From a bacterium (lineage in GTDB: Bacteria > UBA10199 > 2-02-FULL-50-16 > JAJFLM01): 64,000 nucleotides of DNA. A program made the translations under genes and the position numbers. The stretch is taken from the NCBI GenBank assembly GCA_965216315.1, contig CBDCFN010000015.1:352001-416000 (forward strand), written 5' to 3'. The first letter of the stretch is position 1. Every line of letters starts with the position of its first letter. The notes beneath the pieces were generated by a model. It did no database searches, was not told the origin of the DNA, and saw only the letters and a list, made by a program, of their open reading frames with translations. Positions 9,335-24,000 of the stretch are shown here, one piece after another.

Positions 9335-9792
9335 ATTCGCAAAGTGAAAGCACGCCGCGCGCAGAGCTTGCGGCACCTGGGGCGCCAGTGGCGCTGAGCA
9401 GAGCTTCCACTTTGCTTTAGCAGGGGAAAGATAACTCTCTCTCCCCTGCACTCCTCATCGTGTGAGCCAATCATTTCTGATTTTGTGGCGGAGTACAGCG
9501 GATCAGTTGCCTGGCATCGACCGTCTGCCGCGCTCACACGCCGCGCGTCCACGGTCTGCGATCTCCCCTTGCTGGCATTATAGGCTGCTAGGGAAAGCAA
9601 GGCTGCGATAGCTGCCGATCAACTGATCCGCTGTACGGAGTGCTTGACCGTGAAAAAAACCAGCTCAGCTAATGTACCATTTGTGCTGCAATAGTGAGGC
9701 TTTTCTCGCATCACTTGATTTTCCATTGCGTTTGCCCCTTGCTTTGGTCTAGTTATCAACAAACTCAGACGAGACCAGCCAAGGGAGGCTAA

Positions 9793-10596
9793 GTGGCTAA
9801 AATCATTAGCATTTGTAACCAAAAGGGCGGCGTGGGCAAGACGACGACGGCCATTAATTTAGGGGCGAGCCTGGCCGCCGCTGAGAAGCGGACGTTAATC
9901 GTCGATTTTGATTCCCAGGCCAATACGACCGGGGGCTTGGGTCTCGCCAAGGGCGGTGATGGACTGAATAGCTACCGGACGGTGTTGGGCGAGGTGACGG
10001 CGGCCGAAGCGACTCACGACACCAATATTTCTTTTCTCAAAGTCATCCCGGCAACGATTGATTTGGTCGCTGCCGAAATCGAGTTGATTGAACAGCCACA
10101 GCGGGAAAGCCGCTTAAAACAAGCCTTGGCGCCGGTTGCCGATGATTATGACTACATTATTATCGACTGTCCCCCCTCTTTAGGCTTTCTGACGATCAAT
10201 GCCTTGGTTGCGTCAAATTCCGTGTTGATTCCGGTTCAATGTGAGTACTACGCCCTTGAAGGACTCAGCGATTTGATGCGGACCATCTCGCAGATTCGCG
10301 AAGAACTCCATCCGGCCCTGGAGATCGAGGGGATACTGTTGACGATGTCGGACATGCGCACCAGTCTCAGTCGTCAGGTCGAGGCGGAGATCCGCGAACA
10401 CTTTAAAGAGAAAGTCTTCAAGGTCCACATCCCGCGAAACGTGCGACTGGCCGAGGCACCGAGTCATGGCAAGCCGGTCCTGACCTATGACTTTCGTTCG
10501 AAAGGGGCCCAGTGCTACCTGGACCTGGCCAAAGAATTTCTTGCGTCACAACCTGCGTCATCCGCAGCAACGGGGGTGAGTCATGGAGCCGCGTAA
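9793..10596 (+). CDS. parA: Chromosome partitioning ATPase ParA/Soj
   Basis: NQKGGVGKTTT, IIDCPPSLG, PVQCEYYALEG, IPRNVRLAEAPSHG. Confidence 0.97.
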   Translation: MAKIISICNQKGGVGKTTTAINLGASLAAAEKRTLIVDFDSQANTTGGLGLAKGGDGLNSYRTVLGEVTAAEATHDTNISFLKVIPATIDLVAAEIELIEQPQRESRLKQALAPVADDYDYIIIDCPPSLGFLTINALVASNSVLIPVQCEYYALEGLSDLMRTISQIREELHPALEIEGILLTMSDMRTSLSRQVEAEIREHFKEKVFKVHIPRNVRLAEAPSHGKPVLTYDFRSKGAQCYLDLAKEFLASQPASSAATGVSHGAA

Positions 10597-11524
10597 AGCC
10601 TTAGGGAAGGGACTGGCCTCGCTGATCCCGAAGTCAACAGTTCCAAAGGCGGTCCCGGACGCGCGTGAGCAAGATGGAGCGTCACCCGCAGCGGTCAGCG
10701 GTCCGTTTCGCGAGGTGGCCATTACCGAGATCAAGGCCTCGGCGGCCCAGCCGCGCAAGTATTTTGATGAAGAGCGGATCGAAGAACTCGCCCAATCCAT
10801 CAAGCAAAAAGGCATTCTCCAGCCCCTGTTGGTTCGCACGGTGGAGGGGGGGTATGAGCTGATCGCGGGGGAACGGCGCTGGCGGGCGGCCAAGCAAGTA
10901 GGTCTCGCCAGGGTCCCCGTCATCGTGCGGGATGTCGCGCAGCAGGAACAGCTGGAGCTGGCGTTGATCGAAAACATTCAGCGTGCCGACCTTGATCCCA
11001 TCGAGGAGGCCCAGGGTTTTTCCGAGTTGATGAGCCGCTTTGATATTACGCAGGAAGAAGTGGCGGAACGAGTGAGTCGGAGTCGCAGTGCGGTGGCCAA
11101 TAGCCTGCGGCTGTTGAAGCTACCGGATAAGGTGCAGCAGGCCCTCCGGTCAGGTGCGATCAGTGTCGGTCATGCCAAGGTACTGTTGGGAGAGACCATC
11201 GATACCCAACTCTTGCTCCTGGACAAGTGCATCAAAGACGACATGGCCGTGCGTCAATTGGAGCGCTTGGCCAAGGCCTTGGGCGGGCGGCGCACCAAGG
11301 CTAAAACCGGGTCGAGCGCGTCAGCCGCCAAGGTCTCGTTGACGCCGACCTTAGAGCGGATCACCGAGGAACTGAAGAAGCGTCTCGGGACCAAGGTCCA
11401 GATCGAAACGACGGAAAAAGGGGGACGCATTCTTATCGATTACTATTCGGATGAGCAGCTGGATGATCTCTACCAGCGCATTACGGGCTATCATTTAACG
11501 CGCCGAAAAACGCGAGGGATATAA
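10583..11524 (+). CDS. parB: Chromosome partitioning protein ParB/Spo0J
   Basis: RKALGKGL, QPRKYF, IAGERRWRA, ALIENIQR, HTH region. Confidence 0.97.
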   Translation: MEPRKALGKGLASLIPKSTVPKAVPDAREQDGASPAAVSGPFREVAITEIKASAAQPRKYFDEERIEELAQSIKQKGILQPLLVRTVEGGYELIAGERRWRAAKQVGLARVPVIVRDVAQQEQLELALIENIQRADLDPIEEAQGFSELMSRFDITQEEVAERVSRSRSAVANSLRLLKLPDKVQQALRSGAISVGHAKVLLGETIDTQLLLLDKCIKDDMAVRQLERLAKALGGRRTKAKTGSSASAAKVSLTPTLERITEELKKRLGTKVQIETTEKGGRILIDYYSDEQLDDLYQRITGYHLTRRKTRGI

Positions 11525-11527
11525 ACT

Positions 11528-11986
11528 ATGTTTGGACAAAAAGAATATGGTGAGGGGGGGGCAGACAGCCAGGTCAGCGCTTTGCTGGAGCCGGGTTGTG
11601 AGTTTGAAGGCAAACTGACCTTTCAAGATACGGTCCGCATCAATGGCCATTTTAGAGGGGAGATCTTTTCAGAAGGGACATTGATCGTTGGTGAAGGTGC
11701 GGTGATTGATGCACGGGTTGAGGTGGGGAGCATTATCATCAACGGCAAGGTCAATGGCGAGATTGAGGCGCAAGACCGGATCGAGATGCGTTGCCCCGCG
11801 CAGGTGCGTGGTGACATCAGTGCGCGCACCTTGGTTGTTGAAGAAGGCGTCGTTTTTGAAGGGGCGTGCCGCATGGGGGAGCCACCCATTATTAGTCAGC
11901 GGGACGGTGACGTCACCCAGCTCCATGCCGCTAACAGCGACGTGAGTGCCGACGAGGGTTTGGGCGAAAGCGGATCTTTAATTTAA
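11528..11986 (+). CDS. Bactofilin (polymer-forming cytoskeletal protein)
   Basis: EFEGKL, VRING, GTLIVGE, LVVEEGVVFEG beta-helix pattern; typical position after parB. Confidence 0.9.
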   Translation: MFGQKEYGEGGADSQVSALLEPGCEFEGKLTFQDTVRINGHFRGEIFSEGTLIVGEGAVIDARVEVGSIIINGKVNGEIEAQDRIEMRCPAQVRGDISARTLVVEEGVVFEGACRMGEPPIISQRDGDVTQLHAANSDVSADEGLGESGSLI

Positions 11987-11998
11987 CTCGATAATCGT

Positions 11999-12007
11999 TT
12001 ATCCACA
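11999..12007 (+). promoter_or_regulatory. Single consensus DnaA box upstream of the atp operon
   Basis: TTATCCACA, followed by TTGACA at 12017-12022. Confidence 0.5.
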
Positions 12008-12056
12008 GGCTTCATCTTGACAGGGCCCGGGGTGCATACTAGAGAGTTTCGGGCCT

Positions 12057-12491
12057 ATGATTGAACTCATTCCCGACAGTACGATTGTTTATCAGTGGGT
12101 CATGTTTATGCTGGCCGCCGTGATCCTGACGTTTGGGGTCTTTAAGCCGGCCCTGCGTATCATTAATGCGCGCCGTTCCGCGACGGATGGCGATGAGGCC
12201 AAGGCCGAAGATTATGAGCGCAAAATCGAGGAGCTCAGCAGCAAGGTAGAAGCGAGCCTCAGTGAAGCCCGGACGGAGGGCCAGGAGGTCATCGCGACGC
12301 TGCGGCAGGAGGCCGAGGAGACGGCCAACCAGACGATCCAGACGGCCCGGGAACAACTGGACGCCGAGCTGCAAACGTTGCGCGCCAAGCTGGAACAGGA
12401 ATCGAAAGAAGTGGAACTGCAGCTCAAGCAACATGCGCAGGACCTCTCCAAGGAGCTGGCGCAACGCGTGTTGGGACGCAATATTAGTTAG
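12057..12491 (+). CDS. atpF: F0F1 ATP synthase subunit b'
   Basis: N-terminal TM helix, FKP motif, long coiled coil; first gene of the atp operon. Confidence 0.88.
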   Translation: MIELIPDSTIVYQWVMFMLAAVILTFGVFKPALRIINARRSATDGDEAKAEDYERKIEELSSKVEASLSEARTEGQEVIATLRQEAEETANQTIQTAREQLDAELQTLRAKLEQESKEVELQLKQHAQDLSKELAQRVLGRNIS

Positions 12492-12499
12492 AGGAGCGG

Positions 12500-13003
12500 A
12501 TGGACCTTCACCTATTATACGCGGCGATCAACTTTGTGATTTTTGCAGGGATGCTGGGTTTTCTGCTCCGGAAGCCGATGCGGGAGTTTTGGGGGAATCG
12601 CTCCGAAGGGTTGCGGACCCGCATCGAACAGGCCCGCCAACGCCGCACGCAGGCCGAGTCCGAGTTCCAACGGCTTGAAGCCCGTGTCAATCAGCTGGGC
12701 CAGGAGATGGCTGCACTTAAGGAGCGCATGAGCCAGGACGGAGCGCTCGAACAGAAAAAAATTATTGAAGAGGCCGATGCGGCGGCGCACCGGCTCAAGA
12801 ACGCGGCAAAACGCATCGGCGAGCAAGAATGGACGAAGGCGCGTTTTCGCCTCCGCGGGACGGCCACCCGGCTGACCGTGGATCTTGCCCAGAACCAGGT
12901 GACTCAGCAGATTAATGAGGACGATCAGAAACGCCTGATCGGAGACTATTTGAATCGCCTCGCGGCCGAAGACCTCAAGGTCTTAGATGGGGGCCTAGCA
13001 TGA
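12500..13003 (+). CDS. atpF: F0F1 ATP synthase subunit b
   Basis: INF...LRKP N-terminus, coiled coil, DQKRLI. Confidence 0.9.
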   Translation: MDLHLLYAAINFVIFAGMLGFLLRKPMREFWGNRSEGLRTRIEQARQRRTQAESEFQRLEARVNQLGQEMAALKERMSQDGALEQKKIIEEADAAAHRLKNAAKRIGEQEWTKARFRLRGTATRLTVDLAQNQVTQQINEDDQKRLIGDYLNRLAAEDLKVLDGGLA

Positions 13004-13016
13004 GAAAGGCAAAGCT

Positions 13017-13556
13017 ATGATTCAGGGCTCGTTGCCGTATCGCTATGCCCGTGCCTTGGTGGAGCTCGCCGAAGAAGCGAATGCCGTCGATAAGATCGCC
13101 GACGAGCTGGCGTTTTTTGAAGAGGTCGCCCGCCAGACGCCCGGCATGATTCGGCTGCTCAGCGATATCGTCGTGATGAAGACAGACCGGCGGCGCGTCC
13201 TGAGCGAAATCCTCGAGCGCATGGCGGCCTCGGAGCTATTTCGTAAGTATGCCAAATATCTGCTCGAGAAAGAGCGCTTCGGTTATTTTACGGGGATTGT
13301 CCGGGCTTACCAGGAATTGCGGGACGAGCGGACCAACCGCATCCGGGCCCGCGTGACCTCGGTAGCACCGCTGGACGCGGCCATTACCGAGCGCCTGGAA
13401 AAAATTCTCGCTGACAAGACGGGCAAACAGGTGGCCGTTGATTATGAACAGGACCCTTCCTTGATTGGGGGGCTAGTGATTCAGATGGGCAGCCGGATCT
13501 ATGACGGATCGGTGAACGGCGAGCTCGTCCGTTTTCAAGCCAAGATGCTTAAATAA
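13017..13556 (+). CDS. atpH: ATP synthase F1 subunit delta
   Basis: RYARAL, DPSLIGG, YDGSV. Confidence 0.95.
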   Translation: MIQGSLPYRYARALVELAEEANAVDKIADELAFFEEVARQTPGMIRLLSDIVVMKTDRRRVLSEILERMAASELFRKYAKYLLEKERFGYFTGIVRAYQELRDERTNRIRARVTSVAPLDAAITERLEKILADKTGKQVAVDYEQDPSLIGGLVIQMGSRIYDGSVNGELVRFQAKMLK

Positions 13557-13578
13557 GGCGCGTTTTAAGGAGACATCC

Positions 13579-17458
<3,880 letters not shown>

Positions 17459-17459
<1 letters not shown>

Positions 17460-17860
17460 TGAGTGAACTCACCGTCGACATCATTACCGCGGAATCGAGC
17501 CTGCTCGTTGGCGCTCCGGCGTCAAGCATCGTCGCTCCGGGTGTCCAGGGGGCCTTTGAGGTCTTGCCAGGGCACACGACCTTTTTGACCGAGTTGGAGA
17601 CGGGTCCCGTGACCGTTGAGGGTCCCGAGGGGACTCAACGCTTTGTTGTCAGTGGTGGTTTCGCCGAGGTCATGATCGGGCATGTCCGCATTCTGGCGGA
17701 CCACGCCAATGCCGTCGCCGCCATCGATGCCGCTCAAGTCGATCAAGACCTCAAGGCCGTTACGGCCGAGCTCGAAGGGGCCGACCCCTTCGCAGCGGAG
17801 ACCGAGGCCTTGCGTAAGCGCCTGAAATTCCTTGAAGTTCAGCGCTCTCTCCTCAGTTAA
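17459..17860 (+). CDS. atpC: ATP synthase F1 subunit epsilon
   Basis: VLPGH, VSGGFAEV. Confidence 0.95.
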
Positions 17861-17899
17861 TCTGTATACAATCGTGGACAGCATTCCCGAATAAATTCG

Positions 17900-17925
17900 C
17901 AACCTTTTTAGGCAGTGGCCGAAGA
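17900..17925 (+). promoter_or_regulatory. sigma28-like promoter motif copy 5 (CAAC-N14-GCCGAAGA)
   Basis: About 80 nt upstream of the megasynthase start. Confidence 0.6.
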
Positions 17926-18006
17926 GTTTGAGCTTGTGGGCGTCCCTCCTGGGTCGGACGGAATGCCTCAATATATTGTGCACTCGTTAAAGAAGGGGTA
18001 TTGGGC

Positions 18007-21000
18007 ATGCCTATTATTGGTTCCTCACTCGGGTTGGGAAACGCTGGGTTATTGGCTGCTGGAGGGGCGAGCCATAACGTTGGTCTCTTCCAAAGTTTCT
18101 TAGGACAAGCGGTTTCACAGGTCATCGCGTCCGATCGTGCCACGGAAGTTGTCGAGGGCTTGCTCTCACAACCCAATCACGGCACCCTTCTCCAAGAGTC
18201 CGGCATCCAGGCCGAGAGCAGTGAGGACATTCTCGAACAAATAGCCGGTTCCACGGAATATGCCCGCCGTGCCCTCGACAACAGGGAACTCCTCGAGGGG
18301 ATTATTGCCAGTTTTGTTACCCAGGGTCAGGTTGAACTGGGCGATGAGTTTGCGGTTCTCCTCAATCCCGTCACAGCGGGTGTCCATTTTACCGCTGCGG
18401 AGCTCGGAGGAATATACAGCCCCGTGGCGGGGACGGATGCGGGCGCGCGTTATGCGCAACCCCTCTCGCATGCGATTCAAACCGAGACCGCGACCCTGCG
18501 GAACGCCCTGAGTGAGGCGACGACTGCGACGCAGCGTTTAATGGATGCGCGTCATGTGGATGCCACGCAAGCGGCCGCAATTAACGCGGTGTGGACGTCG
18601 ATGGCACGCCTGGACCGGCTCCTCAACGTCGATGTCGTGCAGAAACCCGCCCGGCTGGGAGAAATCGATGAGCTCCAAAAGGCAACGGAGGCCTATCTGA
18701 GTGACTTAGGACTTCAACCGATGTCGCAGTTGGCGCTTGAGATGCGTGAAGGCAATTATCGATTCATGCTCCAGGCCCCGGGTCAGGCCAATGAATATAT
18801 TGGTCTGTTTAAACAGGTCTATGGGCGGTCGGATGTTGCCCGTCGTTTTGTCGACGAGATCGTGATTCCGGCGTTGCGCTCCGAAGGCATTGACGTCAAC
18901 GAATATCTGGACATGGATCCGGCCCAACTCAGCCTCGAGCAGAATAAAGCGGTCCTCAATAGCTCGCGTATTTCGCAGCCGATGATACTGGCGACGCAGC
19001 TGGCGCTGCTGGAAGAATTGAAGTCCTATGGCTTTGATCCGCAGTTTTTTACCGCGGGTTCCGGGCATTCCCAAGGGTTATTGTTGGCGTCGGTAGCGGC
19101 CGGCAAGACAGGTCCGGCTGAAGCCCTGCGCATTGTGGCTATTCACGGACGTGAGATGCAGAACGGCACCAAGGCGGCGAACACGAAGGTGCCGATGGTT
19201 TCCGTGCTGGGTATTTCGCGCATGGAAGCCGCGCGCATGAGTAATGAGATCAATTTGCACTTAGCGCTCGTCAACGGGATACCCGGTGAGACGGCTCCAC
19301 TCAATCCCTCACAGTTGCGCGAACTCAAGGAAAAGGCCGATTCCGATATGCTGTATGGCCGGCTTTTTCCGGTCGAAAAAATGGCCCAGGATCCGGCGTT
19401 GCGTGCGGCCTATCCTTTCTTTGCCCGTTATTTTAACCGCGATTTTCATCTGACGGACGAAGAGATTCGCAAGTTGGGTCTGCCGCGTGGCCTCAATGAG
19501 AGCGCCGCCTTTATCATTCGTGGTGACATGGAAACGACCTATACGGCACTGATCAATATGGAACCGAGTGATGGTTCCCGAACTCGCGGCGTCATGCCGG
19601 CGTTCATCTTTTCCGGGACGCATCAGGCTCAGGAGTTGGTGTTAGGATTATTGGGCAACAAACAAGCCGGAACCGAACCCCATCCCGCGTTTCGCAATGT
19701 CGGGTATAATTTTAATAAGAAAGAAGAGACGACCTTTCCCAAGACGGCAGTCTTGATCACCTCATCACCGTTCCATCATGCCGGGGAACAACGGGCTGCC
19801 TTTGAAAAATCCGTTGCGCGTGCCGATGAGACCCGTGGGGAGGCGACTTTTCCCGTCGTGCTCAACAGCGAGCCCGCGAGTTTTGCCGAACTCGGATTGA
19901 CGCCCCAGCAGGAGGCCCAGCGGATTACGGCGGAACAACATGTGCGCCACGTCGATTGGCCGGCAACGGTCGAAAAAATGCTGACTTTTGGCGATCAGAC
20001 GAAACCGGCTGTATTTGTCAGCATGGGAGACGGAGTGGTGGCGGGTTTTACCGCAGCGACAACCGCGGGTCGTGCGACGACGATTGCCGCGGCCAATAAA
20101 GATGGCAGTGGCTTTGCTCAACTGACTTCACGCAAATCCGCAGGGCTCCGCTTGAGGACCGCCCCACTGGCCGACCGCAGTATCTATGAGCCGATCGAAG
20201 CCCAGGTCTTGGCGGGGCGACCGAACGTCGATGGCCAGTATCTGGGGCCCATAGGCTATCTCTCCAGCGTCACACTCGGCAATGATAAGCAACGCCTGGA
20301 TCTGATTCGCCGCATCCGGAAGGTCGTCGATTTTTCGGATCCCATGCATCCCAAGTTCAATAACGATGAAATTCTAGCACGCCTGGGGGCCGAAGGACCT
20401 TATGGCGTGGCAGCGATGACGGGTCCAGGGACCTCTAAGCTCATCGGCGCCGTCGCCCGCGCAGGGCGGACCGCCTATCTCGCGGCGGGTAATTACCCGG
20501 GCAAGGCCCACCTGAATATTTCTATTAAGCAAGGCTTTATTACCGGACTTATTGATACCGCATGGGAAACAACCCGCAGTGCCGACCCCGCAACCGGCGA
20601 ACTTGATGCGGGGTCCCTGACCTATGGAGGCGAGCCGGTCGTACGCGGTTCGATTGAGACGTATTCGGACCGTGCTCAGACGGATGGTCAGTATCTGGGT
20701 GAGGCCCGCTTTGAAGGCCCGATGAAATCATTCGGCGTCAATCTCATGCATGCTGCCGGCGGCGGTGTTTTCAGTAAGGCGCAGTGTGATGCGACCGCTG
20801 AAATGATCGATCGCGGTCTCCCCATCGATAAGATCAGTGTGGGGATCTATCTGATCCAGGATAATGCGGAACTGCGCCGTTACATTCCTTTGTTGGCTCG
20901 CGGCGTGCGCTTTGCCCCGTTGCTTCCCAACATGAATGCGATTCGAATCTATCAAGATGAGCATATTCCTTACCTTAAAGAGGAGTTGAAAAAATACCTT

Positions 21001-24000
21001 GAGGGCGGGTGGCGCACCTTCAATGCCGATAACCCGGGTTATTATGAAAGTGACGCGATTCACAGCCGTTTTGCGGCGGCCCATCCGGAGTATTTCGGCA
21101 AGGGGGGCTATGACCGCTTCATGGCCGACCATCCCGATCTCCTCATGAAGATGAGAGAGGGGAATGACGGGGGCGGACACAATTCCCCTGAAGGCACCCC
21201 GACCTATCGTCTCGTGCAAGACGCAGTGGTGAATCCGAAGAATGAGAAGACCAAAAATATTTCCACCGGGGGGTATTCTTTCGGAGTTGCGGTGGCCGAT
21301 GCTTTGTTGTCCGGAGCGGCTGGCGTTCAGGCGGGGAGTGTCTTTGAGATCACTCAGGAAGCTGACCTTCCCTACAAGGTGAAGGCCTTGATCATGGAGG
21401 TGGCGGACCCGGACTCCCCACGTGAAGCGACGAACATTGTCAGTGAATTTGGTAAGCCGCTCAATGTTGCGGTGAATGCCTTTAGTCAGGCCTATGTGGA
21501 TTTGGTGGCCACCGATGACGCCGAAGAGATTCTGGATATACTGGCGCGGGAACCCGTCGACTCGGTACGTTTTCACCGCGAGTTCTGGAACAACGGCATT
21601 GAGACCGAAGATCCCGCGCTCAACTTTGTCATGAAAAACGAAGCGGTCTTCGAACCCATTTGGGATTTTCTCGTCGGCGATCGCCAGTCGGGGCGCCAAG
21701 CGGCCCTGGACGCCATCCGTAAGCTAAACGCCGAGGACGAGAAACGCTGCCATGCCAATTTCTTGAAGAAGCATAAAGATGAGTCAACGCGTCCCGCGTG
21801 GAACCCCACCGAGGGGAATGACAAGGCGCAACTGATTACATTTTATCGCGTGTTCCGGACCAACATGATCCAGAGCGGCGAGGTCGATCCCGAGTGGGCC
21901 TATGTCCTCGTCGGTCGTTCGATCACGCGCATGCCGCAACAGTTCTTAGAGCGCTTCAAGGCGGACGGAACCCTGCCGACCGTGAGCGAGTTTATCAATA
22001 CGATCGAGTCGGATGCCTTGAGCTACCTGACTCAGTTGATGGGGCGCGCGTTGACCGTGCAGGCCCAACGGGCCCAGGCCTATGAGCTACAATCTTTTGA
22101 TCCGGTGCCGAATGTCCAGATTTTCCGGCAGGCCAGCGAAGAGGGTCAACAGACCTTGCGTGTCCGTCCGCTTGGGGCGATGAGTGAAGATGCGCTGGCC
22201 TCCTTTCGTCGTGCTGCGAAGGCACAGGGGTATGGTCACGTGGCGGAGGTATTGCGCCAGGGCTCTGAATTTAATCGCTTCTTTACCCCGAGAGCGGGAC
22301 GCGAGTTCTACTTCGACCTGCAAGCGACGGATGGCCAGAGTCCTCAGCTGGTGGCCGTTCGTATCCTCCAAGACGGCAAAGAGATCGCACGTGTCGAGTC
22401 ACCATCAGCGACGGAAGTCACCATGTCTTATGAAGTGCCCCGGGATGCGTATGGAGAGCTGGAGCCGCGAACCCTCACGTATCAATACAATCTTCAAGAG
22501 CCAGTTCCAGGCGTTCATGAATGGCGCCTGGATCGCGAGCGCGTCCAACGCGAATCGACCGCTATTTTTGGCGAGTTGTTGACGGGGACGCAGCTGGATT
22601 ACACGGGTCGCACGATCAGTGACACATATACCGATCAACGCCCGGTGAGTGAGGAGCGAGTGCGCGAATATGCGCGTATCGTCGGTGAGGGCTATGACGT
22701 CTTTCATCGCGAAGGTGTCGTACATCCCGGCTTGGTTGGGGTTGAGAGTCTGCGCAGTGCGGTCCTCGCCAGCAATCATCCGGATTTCCAGACCGATCGC
22801 TTCCAACTGTTGCATGCCTTCTTTAATCAGAGTTTTGGAACCTCGGCATCTGTTGGGAGCGACGTCCAAGTGGCCTCTCGTAATACCGAGGCCACCGGAC
22901 TCGATAACGGGGGCTTCAGTCAAGATGCACGCATTGTCACGCGCAATGCGGCAGGTGACGTTGTCAGTGAAGTCGATACCGGCTTTGTCAATCTCGACCC
23001 GAGGAGTCGTTTTACGCCGCTGTCGGAAAGCATTGATCCTGAGCTGGCGGATCCCGCGACGGCCGAGACGCTGACAGGTTTTGCGGCCTATCCGATCTGG
23101 CAGCCCGAGCGGGTGGTCAAGGTCACGCGGCAGGATATTCTCGATTATACGATGTTCGATCCCAATGCGATCCACCATGCCGATTTCGTGGCTCAGATGG
23201 CGGGATTGGATGATGGGATTATTGCCCAAGGCATGCTGGTTCACGGCAAGATGGTGTCACACATGTTGGGGGGGTATCTGCAAGGAGACCTCGATCGTGC
23301 CGTTTCGGTCAAGACCACGTTTACCGGCAAGGTTCTCCCCGGCGAAGACCTGGATCTGGTTGCCTACCGCATCGGTCAGCAAGGCGAATACGATATCTTA
23401 CGGTTTGACGCGACCAACGCCGATGGCAATACGGTCGTGACCCAGGAGTGGAAAGTCCGGCGCAATGGTCAGATCGTGGCCTTTCCGGGACAGGGTTTTC
23501 AAAAGGCGGGCATGTGGACGAGCGTTACGAACCGCTACCAGGCACCGCAGGACGCCAAACCCGAGCTGAAGGCGGCCTATGAGCGCGCGCAGCAAGCACA
23601 ACGAACCTTTCTAAAGCAGGTGGATCAGCATAGTCTTGAGAGGTGGGGCTTTAGGCTCTCCGATGTCGTCAAACATGCGCCCAAGACGTTGAGTTTTAAC
23701 GTCAGCGAAGATTACGCCGGTGAGTCCTATCGAGGCCGGTCAAAAGGGGAGCGGCTGACGGTTCGCAACGCCAGCCAAAATGGCATCCTTAGCGAAACCG
23801 ATTTTACCCAGCCGGCGCTGTTTGTTGCCTATGTCCTCGATTGGATCGGCATGCGCGAGTTAGGCAAGATTCATCCGGATGCGGATATCGTTTATAACTC
23901 GCTCGGCAAGATTGCGGCGCTGGTTGCGGTCGGGGCCATCTCACCGGTTGATGGTCTTCAATTGGCCCGGGCCCGTGGTGTGTTCATGGGCGAGGTCAAG

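Noticed and set aside
9596..9621. Tenth copy of the sigma28-like motif upstream of parA (GCCGATCA)
   Set aside because: No CAAC at the 14-nt spacing
11990..12050. oriC at the DnaA box
   Set aside because: Only one box in a 70-bp gap, no box cluster or AT-rich unwinding element
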